A DNA stretch of 64,000 nucleotides. Source: Bacillota bacterium (lineage in GTDB: Bacteria; Bacillota; Clostridia; Christensenellales; Aristaeellaceae). Location: NCBI GenBank assembly GCA_023411395.1, contig JAEYOV010000062.1, positions 42,033-106,032 on the forward strand, read 5' to 3'. The position numbers and the translations under genes were made by a program. Below are positions 1-9,220 of this stretch, one piece after another. Each line of letters begins with the position of its first letter. The stretch's first letter is position 1. The notes beneath the pieces are model-generated. The model was not told the DNA's origin. It saw only the letters and a list, made by a program, of their open reading frames with translations, and did no database searches.

Positions 1-155
1 AAAGCGGCATGTCCCGCTTCAAGTCCCCCCGCTACGTCCTTTTTATGAACTCCTTCCCCATGACCGCCAGCGGAAAGATTCAAAAATACAAGCTCCGCGA
101 AATGGGCGTCCAAACCCTCGGCCTCCAAGCCGCCGATGCGATAGAAACCGCATAG
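1..155 (+). CDS. 3' end of an AMP-dependent (adenylate-forming) acyl-CoA synthetase/ligase; 5' part lies outside the window
   Basis: Frame starting at nt 3 reads [35 protein letters not shown]...ETA, then TAG at 153-155. The P-x-T-x-SGKI-x-K tail is the conserved C-terminal motif of adenylate-forming enzymes. Confidence 0.7.
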   Translation, partial: SGMSRFKSPRYVLFMNSFPMTASGKIQKYKLREMGVQTLGLQAADAIETA

Positions 156-158
156 AAA

Positions 159-226
159 CAGGGGGGCGCTGCCTCCCCGTTCCCCACGGCTCAAGGGATT
201 TCATCCCTTGAGAATCCCTATTTAGG
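159..226 (+). repeat. Gene-terminal bipartite hairpin module, copy M1
   Basis: Hairpin 1 is GGGGGG-cgctgc-CTCCCC (161-178). Hairpin 2 is CTCAAGGGA-tttca-TCCCTTGAG (190-212). It is followed by the AATCCCTATTT box (213-223). Order and sequence match the module at 12443-12509 read on the minus strand. Confidence 0.75.
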
Positions 227-272
227 GCAAATAACTCCGCCTTCCCAAGACCAACAATGCAATCCTCTCCGG

Positions 273-364
273 GTCCAGGGTCCGGAGGCCCTGGTCGTCG
301 CAAGGGGATAATGGGAGGTGCAGGAGGGAGTAAGGGGGACATCGAAATCCCCCCTACTCCCTCC
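273..364 (+). repeat. Second, more degenerate GC-rich hairpin pair directly after module M1
   Basis: CCAGGG-tccggagg-CCCTGG lies at 275-296. A 17-bp stem, GGAGGGAGTAAGGGGGA / TCCCCCCTACTCCCTCC, lies at 323-364 with one mismatch. The 119-aa minus-strand ORF at 43-402 runs through these palindromes and is not credible. Confidence 0.6.
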
Positions 365-507
365 TGCGTTCTCGTAGGCCCGATGCGACATATCCAAGGC
401 ATTTTTACGTTACATATGCAGTTATCCTCTCAAGAATTCCCTACCCTTTACGTATCCCTCCTGCCATGCTACAATACTCTTTGCCCATGCATTAAGGAGG
501 ACTTTTT

Positions 508-1914
508 TTGCGCCATTTTTCCGTGCCCCATTCCCTGCGCCCCGTGTTCCATTGGGACGCCGCCTTTACCAAGCGGCTTTTATTGGTGGCCCTGCCGATT
601 ATGTTTCAAAACTTGGTGGCCTCGTCGCTGCACATCATCGACGGGATCATGGTCAGCGGGCTGGGCACACCCCCTTACGCCGCCGTGACGCAAATGTCGC
701 GGTTCATGTTCCTGTTCAACCTTACGCTTTTCGGCGTGGTATCGGGCAGCAGCATTTTCCTGTCCCAGTTCTGGGGCAAGAAGGATATCGCGGGCATGCG
801 CAGCATCATGGGCATGTGCCTGCGCCTGACGCTGCCCCTGGCGCTGCTTTTTGGCGGCGTATCCCTTTTGGCACCCCGGCTGGTGGTGGGCTTTTTCCTA
901 GACCCCGGGGAAAGCGCGGAGTATGCCAGGCAGTACCTGATGCTGGTGGCGCCCGGCATGATTCTTACCGCCATCGACACGGTGTACGCCAGCGCCATGA
1001 AGTCCAGCGAGAAGACTTACATCCCCATGATGGCGGGCATCGCCGCCATCGTCACCAATACGGCCCTCAACTATATCCTGATTTATGGCAAGCTGGGCCT
1101 GCCGGCTATGGGCATAAGGGGCGCGGCCATCGCCACGCTGATTGCCGGCGGGGTGTCCCTGACGGTCAACGTCAGCGTATCGTATATCAGGCGCCTGGCC
1201 TCCGCCGCGAAGCTAAGCCAACTGCTTGCGCTGGACGGCGCATTCTTCAGCCGGTACCTGAAGACCATCTTCCCCGTGATCCTCAACGAAAGCTTCTGGG
1301 CGCTGGGCATCACCATGTACAGCTTTTGCTTTGGCCGGCTGGGGGATACGGCGGTGGCCGCCCAGGGGATTTACAACACAATGGATCAATTGATCTTTGT
1401 CATGATCTATGGGCTCATGCACGGCAGCGCCATTGTGGTGGGCCGGAGCATCGGCACGGGCGACCGGGAGGAAGCCTACCTGTTTGCCAAGCGGCTGTTG
1501 TTCGCGGCTGTCTGCCTGGGGCTTGCAATGGGCGCGGTGATGTTTACAAGCAGGTTCTGGCTCGTGACCCTCTTTGACATCTCCAGGGAGGCGCAGAGCC
1601 TGGCCGCCGTCTTCCTGGGCTATATTGCCTTTGTCGCCTGGGCACGGGCCTTCAATTGCATCAACATTGTGGGTGTACTGCGCTCAGGCGGGGATACGGT
1701 GTTCTCCATGGCGCTGGATGTATGCAGCATCTGGTGCTTTGGCGTGCCGCTGGTAGCCCTGGCCACGTTTGTATTCCGCTGGCCTGTGGAAATCGTGTTC
1801 CTGTGCACCGCCCTGGAGGAGGTACCCAAGCTTGCCATTGGCCTTCGGCGCATGCTCAGCAAGAAATGGATCAACGACTTGACCCGCCATCCTGCGGAGG
1901 ATGCGGTTGCATAA
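508..1914 (+). CDS. MATE family efflux transporter
   Basis: 468-aa polytopic membrane protein. The N-terminus LLLVALPIMFQNLVASSLHIIDGIMVSGLG is typical of MatE. TTG start at 508 lies 7 nt after AAGGAGG (494-500). Confidence 0.85.
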   Translation: MRHFSVPHSLRPVFHWDAAFTKRLLLVALPIMFQNLVASSLHIIDGIMVSGLGTPPYAAVTQMSRFMFLFNLTLFGVVSGSSIFLSQFWGKKDIAGMRSIMGMCLRLTLPLALLFGGVSLLAPRLVVGFFLDPGESAEYARQYLMLVAPGMILTAIDTVYASAMKSSEKTYIPMMAGIAAIVTNTALNYILIYGKLGLPAMGIRGAAIATLIAGGVSLTVNVSVSYIRRLASAAKLSQLLALDGAFFSRYLKTIFPVILNESFWALGITMYSFCFGRLGDTAVAAQGIYNTMDQLIFVMIYGLMHGSAIVVGRSIGTGDREEAYLFAKRLLFAAVCLGLAMGAVMFTSRFWLVTLFDISREAQSLAAVFLGYIAFVAWARAFNCINIVGVLRSGGDTVFSMALDVCSIWCFGVPLVALATFVFRWPVEIVFLCTALEEVPKLAIGLRRMLSKKWINDLTRHPAEDAVA

Positions 1915-1928
1915 CGGAGGATGCTATT

Positions 1929-2747
1929 ATGGAATTTGAACTTGTCGGCAAAATCGGCTCCATGGCTTTGATTCGCAAAGACGACAACGACATCGACTAC
2001 AACATTTTTTCCCGCCTTGGCGCGGAATTAAAGCCCGGCATGATCTGGGTCACCTCCGGCGCCACGGAGATCGGGCGGCTGGATTATATGAAGCGCACCG
2101 GCCGGGAGCTTCACGGCGACCCCGAGCAGGACAAGACGGACTACGCCGCCCAGGGCCAGTCCATACTCATGCAGAATTACCGCCAATTCATCCGCCCGGA
2201 GTACAGCGTGCGGCAGGTGCTGGTGGAGCATACCCACTTCAACGACCCGGAAAAGCGGGAGCACATCCATAAGCTTCTTATAAGGGCCGCCCAGCAGGGA
2301 GCCATCCCCATCATCAACTACAACGACCCGGTCAGCGACGAGGAAAACCGCAAGATGGAGCTTTCTCACCGCCGGGAAAAGGGCGAAGAAGTGCACGAAT
2401 GCGTGGACAATGACGAGACCGCCGCCGTCATCGCCGGGCTGGTCAAGGCCAGAATGCTGGTGCTTTTGACTTCCACAGAAGGCATTTATCAAAACCCCGC
2501 CGACCCAGGCACCCTGGTCAGGGAGGTCACGGGCAAAACCATAGAGGAGGTCGTGGCCGCCGTTCGCGCACTGCAGCAGAATTGCGTCGGCGCCAGCCGC
2601 ATAGGGGCCAACGGCGCCCGGGCCAAGCTGGAATACGCCCTTGGCCCCGTTCAAAAGGGCGCCACAGTCATCATCGGCCACGCCCGCCACCACCTGCGCG
2701 ACCTTATAGACGGCACCGTTCCCTGCACACGCATCGGGCTGAGATAG
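1929..2747 (+). CDS. Amino-acid kinase family protein (glutamate 5-kinase-like, no PUA domain)
   Basis: ATG at 1929 follows GGAGG. The sequence KIGSMALI...VTSGATEIG...DNDETAAVIAGLVKARMLVLLTSTEGIY fits the Asp/Glu/uridylate kinase fold pattern. Confidence 0.65.
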   Translation: MEFELVGKIGSMALIRKDDNDIDYNIFSRLGAELKPGMIWVTSGATEIGRLDYMKRTGRELHGDPEQDKTDYAAQGQSILMQNYRQFIRPEYSVRQVLVEHTHFNDPEKREHIHKLLIRAAQQGAIPIINYNDPVSDEENRKMELSHRREKGEEVHECVDNDETAAVIAGLVKARMLVLLTSTEGIYQNPADPGTLVREVTGKTIEEVVAAVRALQQNCVGASRIGANGARAKLEYALGPVQKGATVIIGHARHHLRDLIDGTVPCTRIGLR

Positions 2748-2820
2748 AAAGTAACGCCTGGAAATGCAAAATAGCGCTGTCAACGTCTTCCGCTCAATAA
2801 AGCTACTTCAAAATCCCTAT

Positions 2821-2880
2821 AAAAAAACAAAATACCTGCCCTTCAAACCCTATCGAAATTGAAAGGCAGGTACCTTTTTT
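2821..2880. terminator. Bidirectional intrinsic terminator between convergent genes
   Basis: Stem TACCTGCC (2833-2840) / GGCAGGTA (2865-2872), flanked by A7 (2821-2827) and T6 (2875-2880). Confidence 0.7.
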
Positions 2881-2923
2881 GAGTCTGGATTCAGTATTAG
2901 GCCATCGCCCCAAGTCATGCAGA

Positions 2924-4663
2924 TCAGATCAGAGAATTGATGGTATCCGCATCCGCGATGCCCGTGGCATCAAGGCTTTTGCTGGTTTGATACGCGCTGA
3001 CGGCATCTTTCGTGTCCATATCGTAAGTGCCGTTTTGCGCCACGCCCAGTTTCCCCTGCAGCCACTTTACAGCATCAACCGAATTGTATTCGGTCCCCAA
3101 TATCCCGTTGAGCTCCGTTGTAAACGCACTTAGCTGCTCATTTGTGATCGCCTTCGCTGGCGTTGGGGCTGGCGTGGGCGTCGCGGTTGGAGCAGGCGTC
3201 GCGGTTGGAGCAGGCGTCGTGGTTGGAGCAGGCGTCGTGGTCGGCGTAGGCTTGGGTGTAGGAGGCACGTATTCGAACAATTTCTTCAGCAGATTCTTAT
3301 CGGCGGTTTTTCCGTTTCCTTCCTGGCCAATGGCCTTCATAAACGCTTGTACAGCCTTCACGGTATTATTGTCATATATGCTGTTGGCCTTTTTCGAAAG
3401 AAAATTCAGCTTGCGCAGGCGATCCTGCATCTCCTTGACCCGAGGGCCGGTATCGCCCCTTTTCAAACTGATGTATTCATCACATTTGGGCGCATTCTTT
3501 TTATACAAGGCCTTCAGCGTCCGTTCGCCCGCGATACCGTCGCTCTTCAGCTTCGCCTTCTTTTGGAACAGCATGACAGCATCCTTTGTGCGGTTGCCAA
3601 AGTTGCCATCCACCGGTTCGGCCAGATAGCCAAGGTCCCGCAGGCGCGCCTGCAGCTTTTCCACACGCACGCCGGCAGAGCCCCTCTGCAGCGTCACATA
3701 CGTTACGAATTCCGGCGCATTGCCATCATACAGCCTCTGCTGCAGGGCATGTGTCGCAACGCCATCCTGATTTTCGCCGATAGCGTCCTGGAAATAGCGT
3801 ACTGCCAGCTTCGTAGCCGAACCGAAGGTACCGTCGATAGCGCCGCTACGGTATCCCAGTTCATTCAAACGGCGCTGCAAATCCTTGACGGCTTCACCAC
3901 GGGAGCCCGTGGCGAGCCTTGGATATTCACTGGGAGCAGGAGTGGGGGTGGCGGCCGGCGGCACGGATGCAGTAGGCTGAACAACGTCACGCACATACTG
4001 GATTTGGCAGTCGGTCACAGAAAGCCCCTTAAAATCCTCCTCCGATTCCGCCAGCGCATTGATAACACCGTAGGGGAAGGCTTGATCAGCCGAAGTACCC
4101 TGATAGGAACGGTCCATCATCTGAATCAGTAAGCCGCCCGTACGCTGAGCGTTTACCGATTGATAAAGGCCGATTCCCGCAAGCAAAGTACCATCAGCAT
4201 CCCATGCGTAGCGCTCGACTACGATATAGGTTTGCGCCGCGTCAGACATGTTCAGGCGGTACGTATTCGAGTTGGCATCAAAGCTGATTGCGCTAACGCT
4301 TTGGGGAATGTCCGGGAGGCCTTCGCTCTGATAAAAAGAAGCTTCGGCATATTCCTTAATCACCGCCCCGGGAACAGCCAGTCGGCCTCCCTCCTGCTTC
4401 ACCAAGGCATTTTCGTATCCCCAGTTCACTCCGCACAAATACAACTGCATCCAGAAAAATTCTGGGCTGTCTGCATCATAGACCGCTTCGCCCTCAGCAA
4501 TCATATTGCGCGCCAGGCTGTCAAAAACAGGGATCATGCGGTACAAACGCTCTTCCACCGTTTCATCAGCAGATGTTTGCGCCAGTTGGCCGGAAGATTC
4601 AGTGTACGCGGCTAAAGGGATTGCCAGCAAAACCACCATCGCGATGCAAAGTAGTTTTTTCAT
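2924..4663 (-). CDS. Secreted protein with tandem peptidoglycan-binding (PG_binding_1-like) repeats and a Pro/Thr linker
   Basis: ATG at 4663 follows AGGAG. Signal peptide MKKLLCIAMVVLLAIPLAAY. There are four repeats of the G-x-x-V-x-x-LQ-x-x-L-x-x-LGY...DG-x-FG-x-x-T-x-x-AV-x-x-FQ type, plus a PTPKPTPTTTPAPTTTPAPTATP linker. Confidence 0.8.
   Translation of the reverse strand: MKKLLCIAMVVLLAIPLAAYTESSGQLAQTSADETVEERLYRMIPVFDSLARNMIAEGEAVYDADSPEFFWMQLYLCGVNWGYENALVKQEGGRLAVPGAVIKEYAEASFYQSEGLPDIPQSVSAISFDANSNTYRLNMSDAAQTYIVVERYAWDADGTLLAGIGLYQSVNAQRTGGLLIQMMDRSYQGTSADQAFPYGVINALAESEEDFKGLSVTDCQIQYVRDVVQPTASVPPAATPTPAPSEYPRLATGSRGEAVKDLQRRLNELGYRSGAIDGTFGSATKLAVRYFQDAIGENQDGVATHALQQRLYDGNAPEFVTYVTLQRGSAGVRVEKLQARLRDLGYLAEPVDGNFGNRTKDAVMLFQKKAKLKSDGIAGERTLKALYKKNAPKCDEYISLKRGDTGPRVKEMQDRLRKLNFLSKKANSIYDNNTVKAVQAFMKAIGQEGNGKTADKNLLKKLFEYVPPTPKPTPTTTPAPTTTPAPTATPAPTATPTPAPTPAKAITNEQLSAFTTELNGILGTEYNSVDAVKWLQGKLGVAQNGTYDMDTKDAVSAYQTSKSLDATGIADADTINSLI
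3180..3251 (-). repeat. Four tandem 18-nt units encoding the Pro/Thr/Ala linker
   Basis: On the + strand: GTCGCGGTTGGAGCAGGC x2, GTCGTGGTTGGAGCAGGC, GTCGTGGTCGGCGTAGGC. The units are in frame (6 codons each). Confidence 0.9.
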
Positions 4664-4927
4664 GTGCTTCACTCCTATCACTATCCTGTCGGTGTCTTAT
4701 TCTCGTCACCCATCAATTAGACGCGAAGCCTGGTGTTTTGGTTCCCATTTCCACAGTTATTATATTTTGTTACATTTGCATCAGCCAGGGAGCACAAAAA
4801 TCAACCGAATCCCTCCAGTCAAACCTCTTGGTTGATGCCTTCGTACAGGTATGCCTGTATAATCGCCACCGTTGGAGATGATTCCGGGCGAACGCTGCCC
4901 GAAGCAGAACGTCAGTAAAAAATTTTC

Positions 4928-4972
4928 TTGACATACTCCTCATAATTACTTATAATTCCTTTTGTAAGTAAT
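4928..4972 (+). promoter_or_regulatory. Sigma-70-type promoter with an overlapping 8-bp inverted repeat (candidate operator)
   Basis: TTGACA (4928-4933), 17-nt spacer, TATAAT (4951-4956). The inverted repeat ATTACTTA (4945-4952) / TAAGTAAT (4965-4972) straddles the -10. Confidence 0.6.
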
Positions 4973-4989
4973 GATAAGGAGCATTTGCA

Positions 4990-5436
4990 ATGCCTGAAAC
5001 GTATTACACGGCGGAACAAGCGGCTGATCTTTTGAAGATGCACATCAAAACCGTCCAGCGCTATATCCGGGAAGGAAAGCTCCGCGCCAACAAGGTGGGA
5101 AAAAGCTGGCGCATTACAGGCCATGATCTGAGCGTTTTCGCGGAAGGATCGCAGGAACGCGCCGGCAGCCCGTTGGGCATGGAAATCCCGCCTGCGGAGC
5201 GTGTCAAAATCTCAGCCGTGGCGGATATCGCGGCTACCGGCAGGGAGGAGGCCATACGCATCATGAACACGCTGACCGCAGTGATGAACGTCAAACCCCC
5301 GGAATACGGCGCATCCACACTGCAAGTGCAATATTTGGAATCGGAATGCAAGGTCCGGGTGATGCTGTGGGGCAATTTGAAATTCACGGAAGCCATGTTC
5401 AGTTCCATGGCAGCACTGACGGACCCGGAAGAATAG
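4990..5436 (+). CDS. Excisionase/MerR-superfamily helix-turn-helix (HTH_17-like) DNA-binding protein with an uncharacterised C-terminal domain
   Basis: The N-terminus YTAEQAADLLKMHIKTVQRYIREGKLRANKVGKSWRI is the classic excisionase-family HTH. RBS AAGGAG lies upstream. Confidence 0.7.
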   Translation: MPETYYTAEQAADLLKMHIKTVQRYIREGKLRANKVGKSWRITGHDLSVFAEGSQERAGSPLGMEIPPAERVKISAVADIAATGREEAIRIMNTLTAVMNVKPPEYGASTLQVQYLESECKVRVMLWGNLKFTEAMFSSMAALTDPEE

Positions 5437-5447
5437 GAGGATGGAAC

Positions 5448-6302
5448 ATGCTTGAAAAGACACCTTTCAAGTCTGCGGAAGGAAAGCAGGCAATACTCGC
5501 GTGGTACAATGCACTCTTGGACAGTTGGCCCGTGCCCCACAGGGAGCGGGAGGTGGATACGTCCTTTGGCAAGACATTCCTGCTGGAGGCGGGGGCATCA
5601 GGCTCACCCGTTATCCTGCTTTTTCATGGCTCCTGCTCCAACAGCGCCATGTGGCTTTACGATATGGAAAAATTGTCTCCCCTCTACCATGTATTTGCCG
5701 TGGACATTCTGGGGGAGCCGGGCCGCAGCGCGGAGAGCCGGCCCGATACCAAATCCGGGGCATACGCCCAATGGATCGGCGAGCTTTTGAATGGCCTGAG
5801 CACACAGAGGGCCATTATGATAGGCAATTCCCTGGGCGGCTGGATGGCGCTGAAAGCCGCCGCGGCCTGCCCGGACCGCGTAGACAAGCTGGTACTCATC
5901 GCTCCCTCGGGGATCGTACCTGCAAAAGCCTCCTACCTGTTCCGGTCCATCCAGTACGCATCCAAGGGTGAAAAAGGATTGGAGGCCTTGATGAAAATGA
6001 TCTGCGGCACCGATAAGCTTCCTGCGGAAGTGGTAGCGGCGCAGAAACTGTTCCTGGCCCATTTCAACCCGCGCCTTGGTGCGCTGCCCGCCCTGACTGA
6101 TGCGGAGCTTTCCAATCTTACCATGCCCATGCTTTACATTGCAGGAGAGAAAGATTGCACCACCGACGTGAATAAAGCCGCGCGGCGCATCGGCAAAAAG
6201 GTTAAAAGTGCCCAGGTTGCAATCATACCAGGCAATGGCCATGTTATTTACAATGCCATGGACATGGTCATGCCCTTTTTGGAAAAGCAGGGAGCGATAT
6301 GA
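5448..6302 (+). CDS. Alpha/beta-fold hydrolase
   Basis: ATG at 5448 follows GGAGGATGG. The sequence has an HG oxyanion motif (LLFHGSCSN) and a nucleophile elbow GNSLGG. Confidence 0.8.
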   Translation: MLEKTPFKSAEGKQAILAWYNALLDSWPVPHREREVDTSFGKTFLLEAGASGSPVILLFHGSCSNSAMWLYDMEKLSPLYHVFAVDILGEPGRSAESRPDTKSGAYAQWIGELLNGLSTQRAIMIGNSLGGWMALKAAAACPDRVDKLVLIAPSGIVPAKASYLFRSIQYASKGEKGLEALMKMICGTDKLPAEVVAAQKLFLAHFNPRLGALPALTDAELSNLTMPMLYIAGEKDCTTDVNKAARRIGKKVKSAQVAIIPGNGHVIYNAMDMVMPFLEKQGAI

Positions 6303-6661
6303 ATTACATCGTTCAACAGGAAATCAAGATTGCGGTGCTTACAGCAGAAGAACGGCTGGATACTGTTCAGGCGGCGTTGGATAGGATGGCAACAGCCATG
6401 TATGAAGGCTGCGTTGGCCTGATCGTGCCCAAGGAATGCTTACCGGAGGATTTTTTTCGGCTTGGAACAGGCTTTGCCGGGGAGGTTTTACAGAAATTCT
6501 CCAACTATAACATGAAAATCGCCGTCACCGGCGATTTCAGCGGCTATAAAAGCCAAAGCCTGCGGGATTTTATCTATGAGTGCAATAAGGGCAACAGGGT
6601 GTTTTTCAAAGCGTCGGCTGAAGAAGGCATGGCTGCTTTGATCCAGGCGGCGGCTGGCTGA
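6299..6661 (+). CDS. DUF4180-like small protein
   Basis: 120 aa. Its start overlaps the stop of the hydrolase gene (ATGA). I recognise the pattern ...LPEDFFRLGTGFAGEVLQKFSNYNMKIAVTGDFS...SLRDFIYECNKGN as DUF4180. Confidence 0.6.
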   Translation: MNYIVQQEIKIAVLTAEERLDTVQAALDRMATAMYEGCVGLIVPKECLPEDFFRLGTGFAGEVLQKFSNYNMKIAVTGDFSGYKSQSLRDFIYECNKGNRVFFKASAEEGMAALIQAAAG

Positions 6662-6689
6662 ACGGCATCCTGCACGTTCACTGATCGCA

Positions 6690-6884
6690 TTACTCTTTCA
6701 ACACAAGGCCATGCTCTATGAGCACGGCCTTTAAAATGCCAAGCGCCTTGGGTCCAAACCCGTGCAGCGCCAGCAACTCGGATTCCCTAAATTCCACAAG
6801 CTGCTCCAGGGCTTCAATGCCGGCAGCTTGAAGCGCACGCTGGGCAGGCTGACTGATTTTGATGGAAGCAAGCGGCGGCAACAT
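6690..6884 (-). CDS. Small helix-hairpin-helix DNA-binding protein (RpoA-CTD-like)
   Basis: 64 aa. The sequence ...ALQAAGIEALEQLVEFRESELLALHGFGPKALGILK fits an HhH motif. Confidence 0.55.
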   Translation of the reverse strand: MLPPLASIKISQPAQRALQAAGIEALEQLVEFRESELLALHGFGPKALGILKAVLIEHGLVLKE

Positions 6885-6903
6885 ATTTCCTCCATAAGAA
6901 GTG

Positions 6904-7422
6904 CTAAATCTCGCCCATGAACCGGATTACCAGCTTCTCCAGGTTCATAACGCCGTTGGTGTAACCCTGGGAGTTGTCCAACACCGCATCGGCCACCCTG
7001 CGGTAGGTGTCGATGCGGGCATCGTACAGCCGTACCACCTCATCCTTGCCCTTTAATGCCAGCAAGGGCCGCCGGTCCAGCTTGATGTCGGACAGAATGT
7101 CGTTAAGCGGCCTGTCAATCAGGATGATGATGCCCTGATTGCGCATGATGAGCCGGTTTTCCTCACGCATCACCATGCCGCCGCCGGTGGAGACAATGGC
7201 TGGCCTCTGGTCTGCCAGATACATCAAAAGATTCGTTTCCGCGTTGCGGAAGGCCTGCTCTCCCGGCCCGTCAAAAATCTCCTGTACAGTCATGCCTGTC
7301 ATTTCGGTGATCATCGTATCGGAATCCACATACGGTACGCCCAGCCTTCCCGCCAGGCGTTTGCCCAGGCTGCTTTTACCGCTGCCAGGCATACCAATCA
7401 GGAAAACGTGGCGGTCCATCAT
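6904..7422 (-). CDS. aroK: Shikimate kinase
   Basis: Walker A GMPGSGKSSLGKRLA, followed by VDSD and STGGG motifs. 172 aa. Confidence 0.9.
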   Translation of the reverse strand: MMDRHVFLIGMPGSGKSSLGKRLAGRLGVPYVDSDTMITEMTGMTVQEIFDGPGEQAFRNAETNLLMYLADQRPAIVSTGGGMVMREENRLIMRNQGIIILIDRPLNDILSDIKLDRRPLLALKGKDEVVRLYDARIDTYRRVADAVLDNSQGYTNGVMNLEKLVIRFMGEI

Positions 7423-7706
7423 AGCGTGTCACCCCGGTTCAGCATGATCTCCTGCTCAAGGCGGCTTAAGCGCATGATCTCCCGAAACAGCGCCCGGCAG
7501 GATGCTTCCAGATTCCTGTCGGAAAGCATTCCCACCCGGGTATCGAAAACCGCCTCCTCGCGGGCCGCGTCCAGCACGGATAAATTGTTATCCCGCTTAT
7601 AAACCGCTATCCGGCGGCTTACCTCCATGCGCCGCTCAAAAAGCTTTACCAGTTCCCGGTCGACTTCATCCAATTCCCGCCTAAGCGCGGCAATATCCCC
7701 GCTCAT
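7419..7706 (-). CDS. Chorismate mutase (AroQ class)
   Basis: 95 aa. LRRELDEVDRELVKLFERRMEVSRRIAVYK matches the CM_2 helix 1 pattern. Overlaps aroK by 4 nt. Confidence 0.8.
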   Translation of the reverse strand: MSGDIAALRRELDEVDRELVKLFERRMEVSRRIAVYKRDNNLSVLDAAREEAVFDTRVGMLSDRNLEASCRALFREIMRLSRLEQEIMLNRGDTL

Positions 7707-9202
7707 GGGGTTTCCTCCTCCTGTTCCGGCTTCTCCCGGCCTGCTTTCTCCTTCCCCTTTTCCAGGGTGAATTCGAAAGCGGCCCCCCGTTCCGTGGGCA
7801 AAAGGCGGATGGTTTGCCCATGGGCTTCAAGAATGCGCCGGCAGATGCTCAGGCCCAGCCCCGTGCCTTTACCCGCGGTATGGGCCTTGTCCGCCTTGTA
7901 AAACCGTTCAAAAATATGGGGCCGGTCCTGGGGCAGGATACCGGGTCCGTCATCCATTAGGATGATGAACACCTGCCTGCCCTCCAAACGCGTCCGCCAG
8001 GTGATTTTCCCTTTTTCGGGCGTGAACTTCAGGGCGTTGTCCAGAAGATTCACCACCACCTGCTCAATGCGGTCGCTGTCCCCCCAACAATAACACTGTT
8101 CCTGCTGAAAATCAACATCCACTTCCAGTTGTTTATGATCAATATCCGTCATGCGCCTGATCAGCACCCGTCGGAGCATTTCGTTGATGTCAAAATTCTG
8201 GTAATTTGGTTTTGCCTCGCCTTGCTCCATGCGGCTTAAGTCCAGAAGGTCGGCAATGAGCTTGGTCAGGCGCTTGGCCTCGTCCCCCACGATTTTCAAA
8301 TACTTCGGATGCTCCTCAGAGGGGATGGTACCGTCCTGCATGCCCGCCAGAAATCCCTGTATGCTGGTCATGGGGGAGCGCAGCTCGTGGGATACGTTGG
8401 CAACAAACTCCCTTCGGGAATCCTCCGTACGCTTTAGCTGCCCGGCCATGGAATTGAAGGATGCGGCCAGCTCCCGGATCTCCGAAACACCTTCCTCTTC
8501 CGCCCGCTGATGAAACTTCCCACGGGCCATTTCTCCTGCGGCCAGGGACATGCTCTTGAGCGGCTTGGTGATCTGCCTGGTAATAAAGAACACGCTTACC
8601 ACAGCCAATAATACAGCGAGCCCGGCCCCGGCCAGCACCTGCCAGACCAGGTTTTTGTACTCCGCTTCCACCACCTGGGCGCTGGTGTGGATGAATACCG
8701 CCCCCAGAACTGCCCTATCCTGTATCCAGGGTACCGCCACGGTGAATACCGGGCCACCCAGACCAGGCACATTGGTGCGCACCTGAATCTCCCGTCCTGA
8801 AAGGACCCGAAGCAGCGCTTCCCATATTTCCCTTTCGCTGAGCGTTTGGGAAATGTCCGTTTTGTCACGGAGGGTCTTATTCAAATTATGCCGGACATTA
8901 CCCTGCCGGTCCACCACCAGGATGTAGGCGCGGAATTCGTCATATACCTTCTGTGCCTTCCACTGCATATACTGCTCCACGGAGGATTGCAGCCCGAAAT
9001 ACTGGTTCCATGTGCCGGTCTCCACCTGGCTGGCCAGGTAAGCGATCTCCCGGGCCTGGCTTTTCAGCTCCTCCATGCGGGCGTTGATTCTGTCATCCCG
9101 GATAGCAACATAGGAAAGCAGAGCCCACACGGTGATGAGCACCAGCATCAGGCCAAGGAACACGGAAAACAACCGGGCAAACATGCTGCGGAACATGGAC
9201 AC
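7703..9202 (-). CDS. Sensor histidine kinase (TM - extracytoplasmic domain - TM - HAMP - HisKA - HATPase_c)
   Basis: H-box FVANVSHELRSPMTSI, N-box LLDNALKFT, and G-boxes DDGPGI and GTGLGLSI. Overlaps the chorismate mutase start by 4 nt. Confidence 0.9.
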   Translation of the reverse strand: MSMFRSMFARLFSVFLGLMLVLITVWALLSYVAIRDDRINARMEELKSQAREIAYLASQVETGTWNQYFGLQSSVEQYMQWKAQKVYDEFRAYILVVDRQGNVRHNLNKTLRDKTDISQTLSEREIWEALLRVLSGREIQVRTNVPGLGGPVFTVAVPWIQDRAVLGAVFIHTSAQVVEAEYKNLVWQVLAGAGLAVLLAVVSVFFITRQITKPLKSMSLAAGEMARGKFHQRAEEEGVSEIRELAASFNSMAGQLKRTEDSRREFVANVSHELRSPMTSIQGFLAGMQDGTIPSEEHPKYLKIVGDEAKRLTKLIADLLDLSRMEQGEAKPNYQNFDINEMLRRVLIRRMTDIDHKQLEVDVDFQQEQCYCWGDSDRIEQVVVNLLDNALKFTPEKGKITWRTRLEGRQVFIILMDDGPGILPQDRPHIFERFYKADKAHTAGKGTGLGLSICRRILEAHGQTIRLLPTERGAAFEFTLEKGKEKAGREKPEQEEETP

Positions 9203-9220
9203 CTCCGAATCCTAGCGATA

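Noticed and set aside
43-402. 119-aa minus-strand ORF in the first intergenic region.
   Set aside because: It runs through stacked palindromic repeats (module M1 and the 17-bp stem hairpin). The peptide is Pro/Gly/Arg-rich junk and has no RBS.
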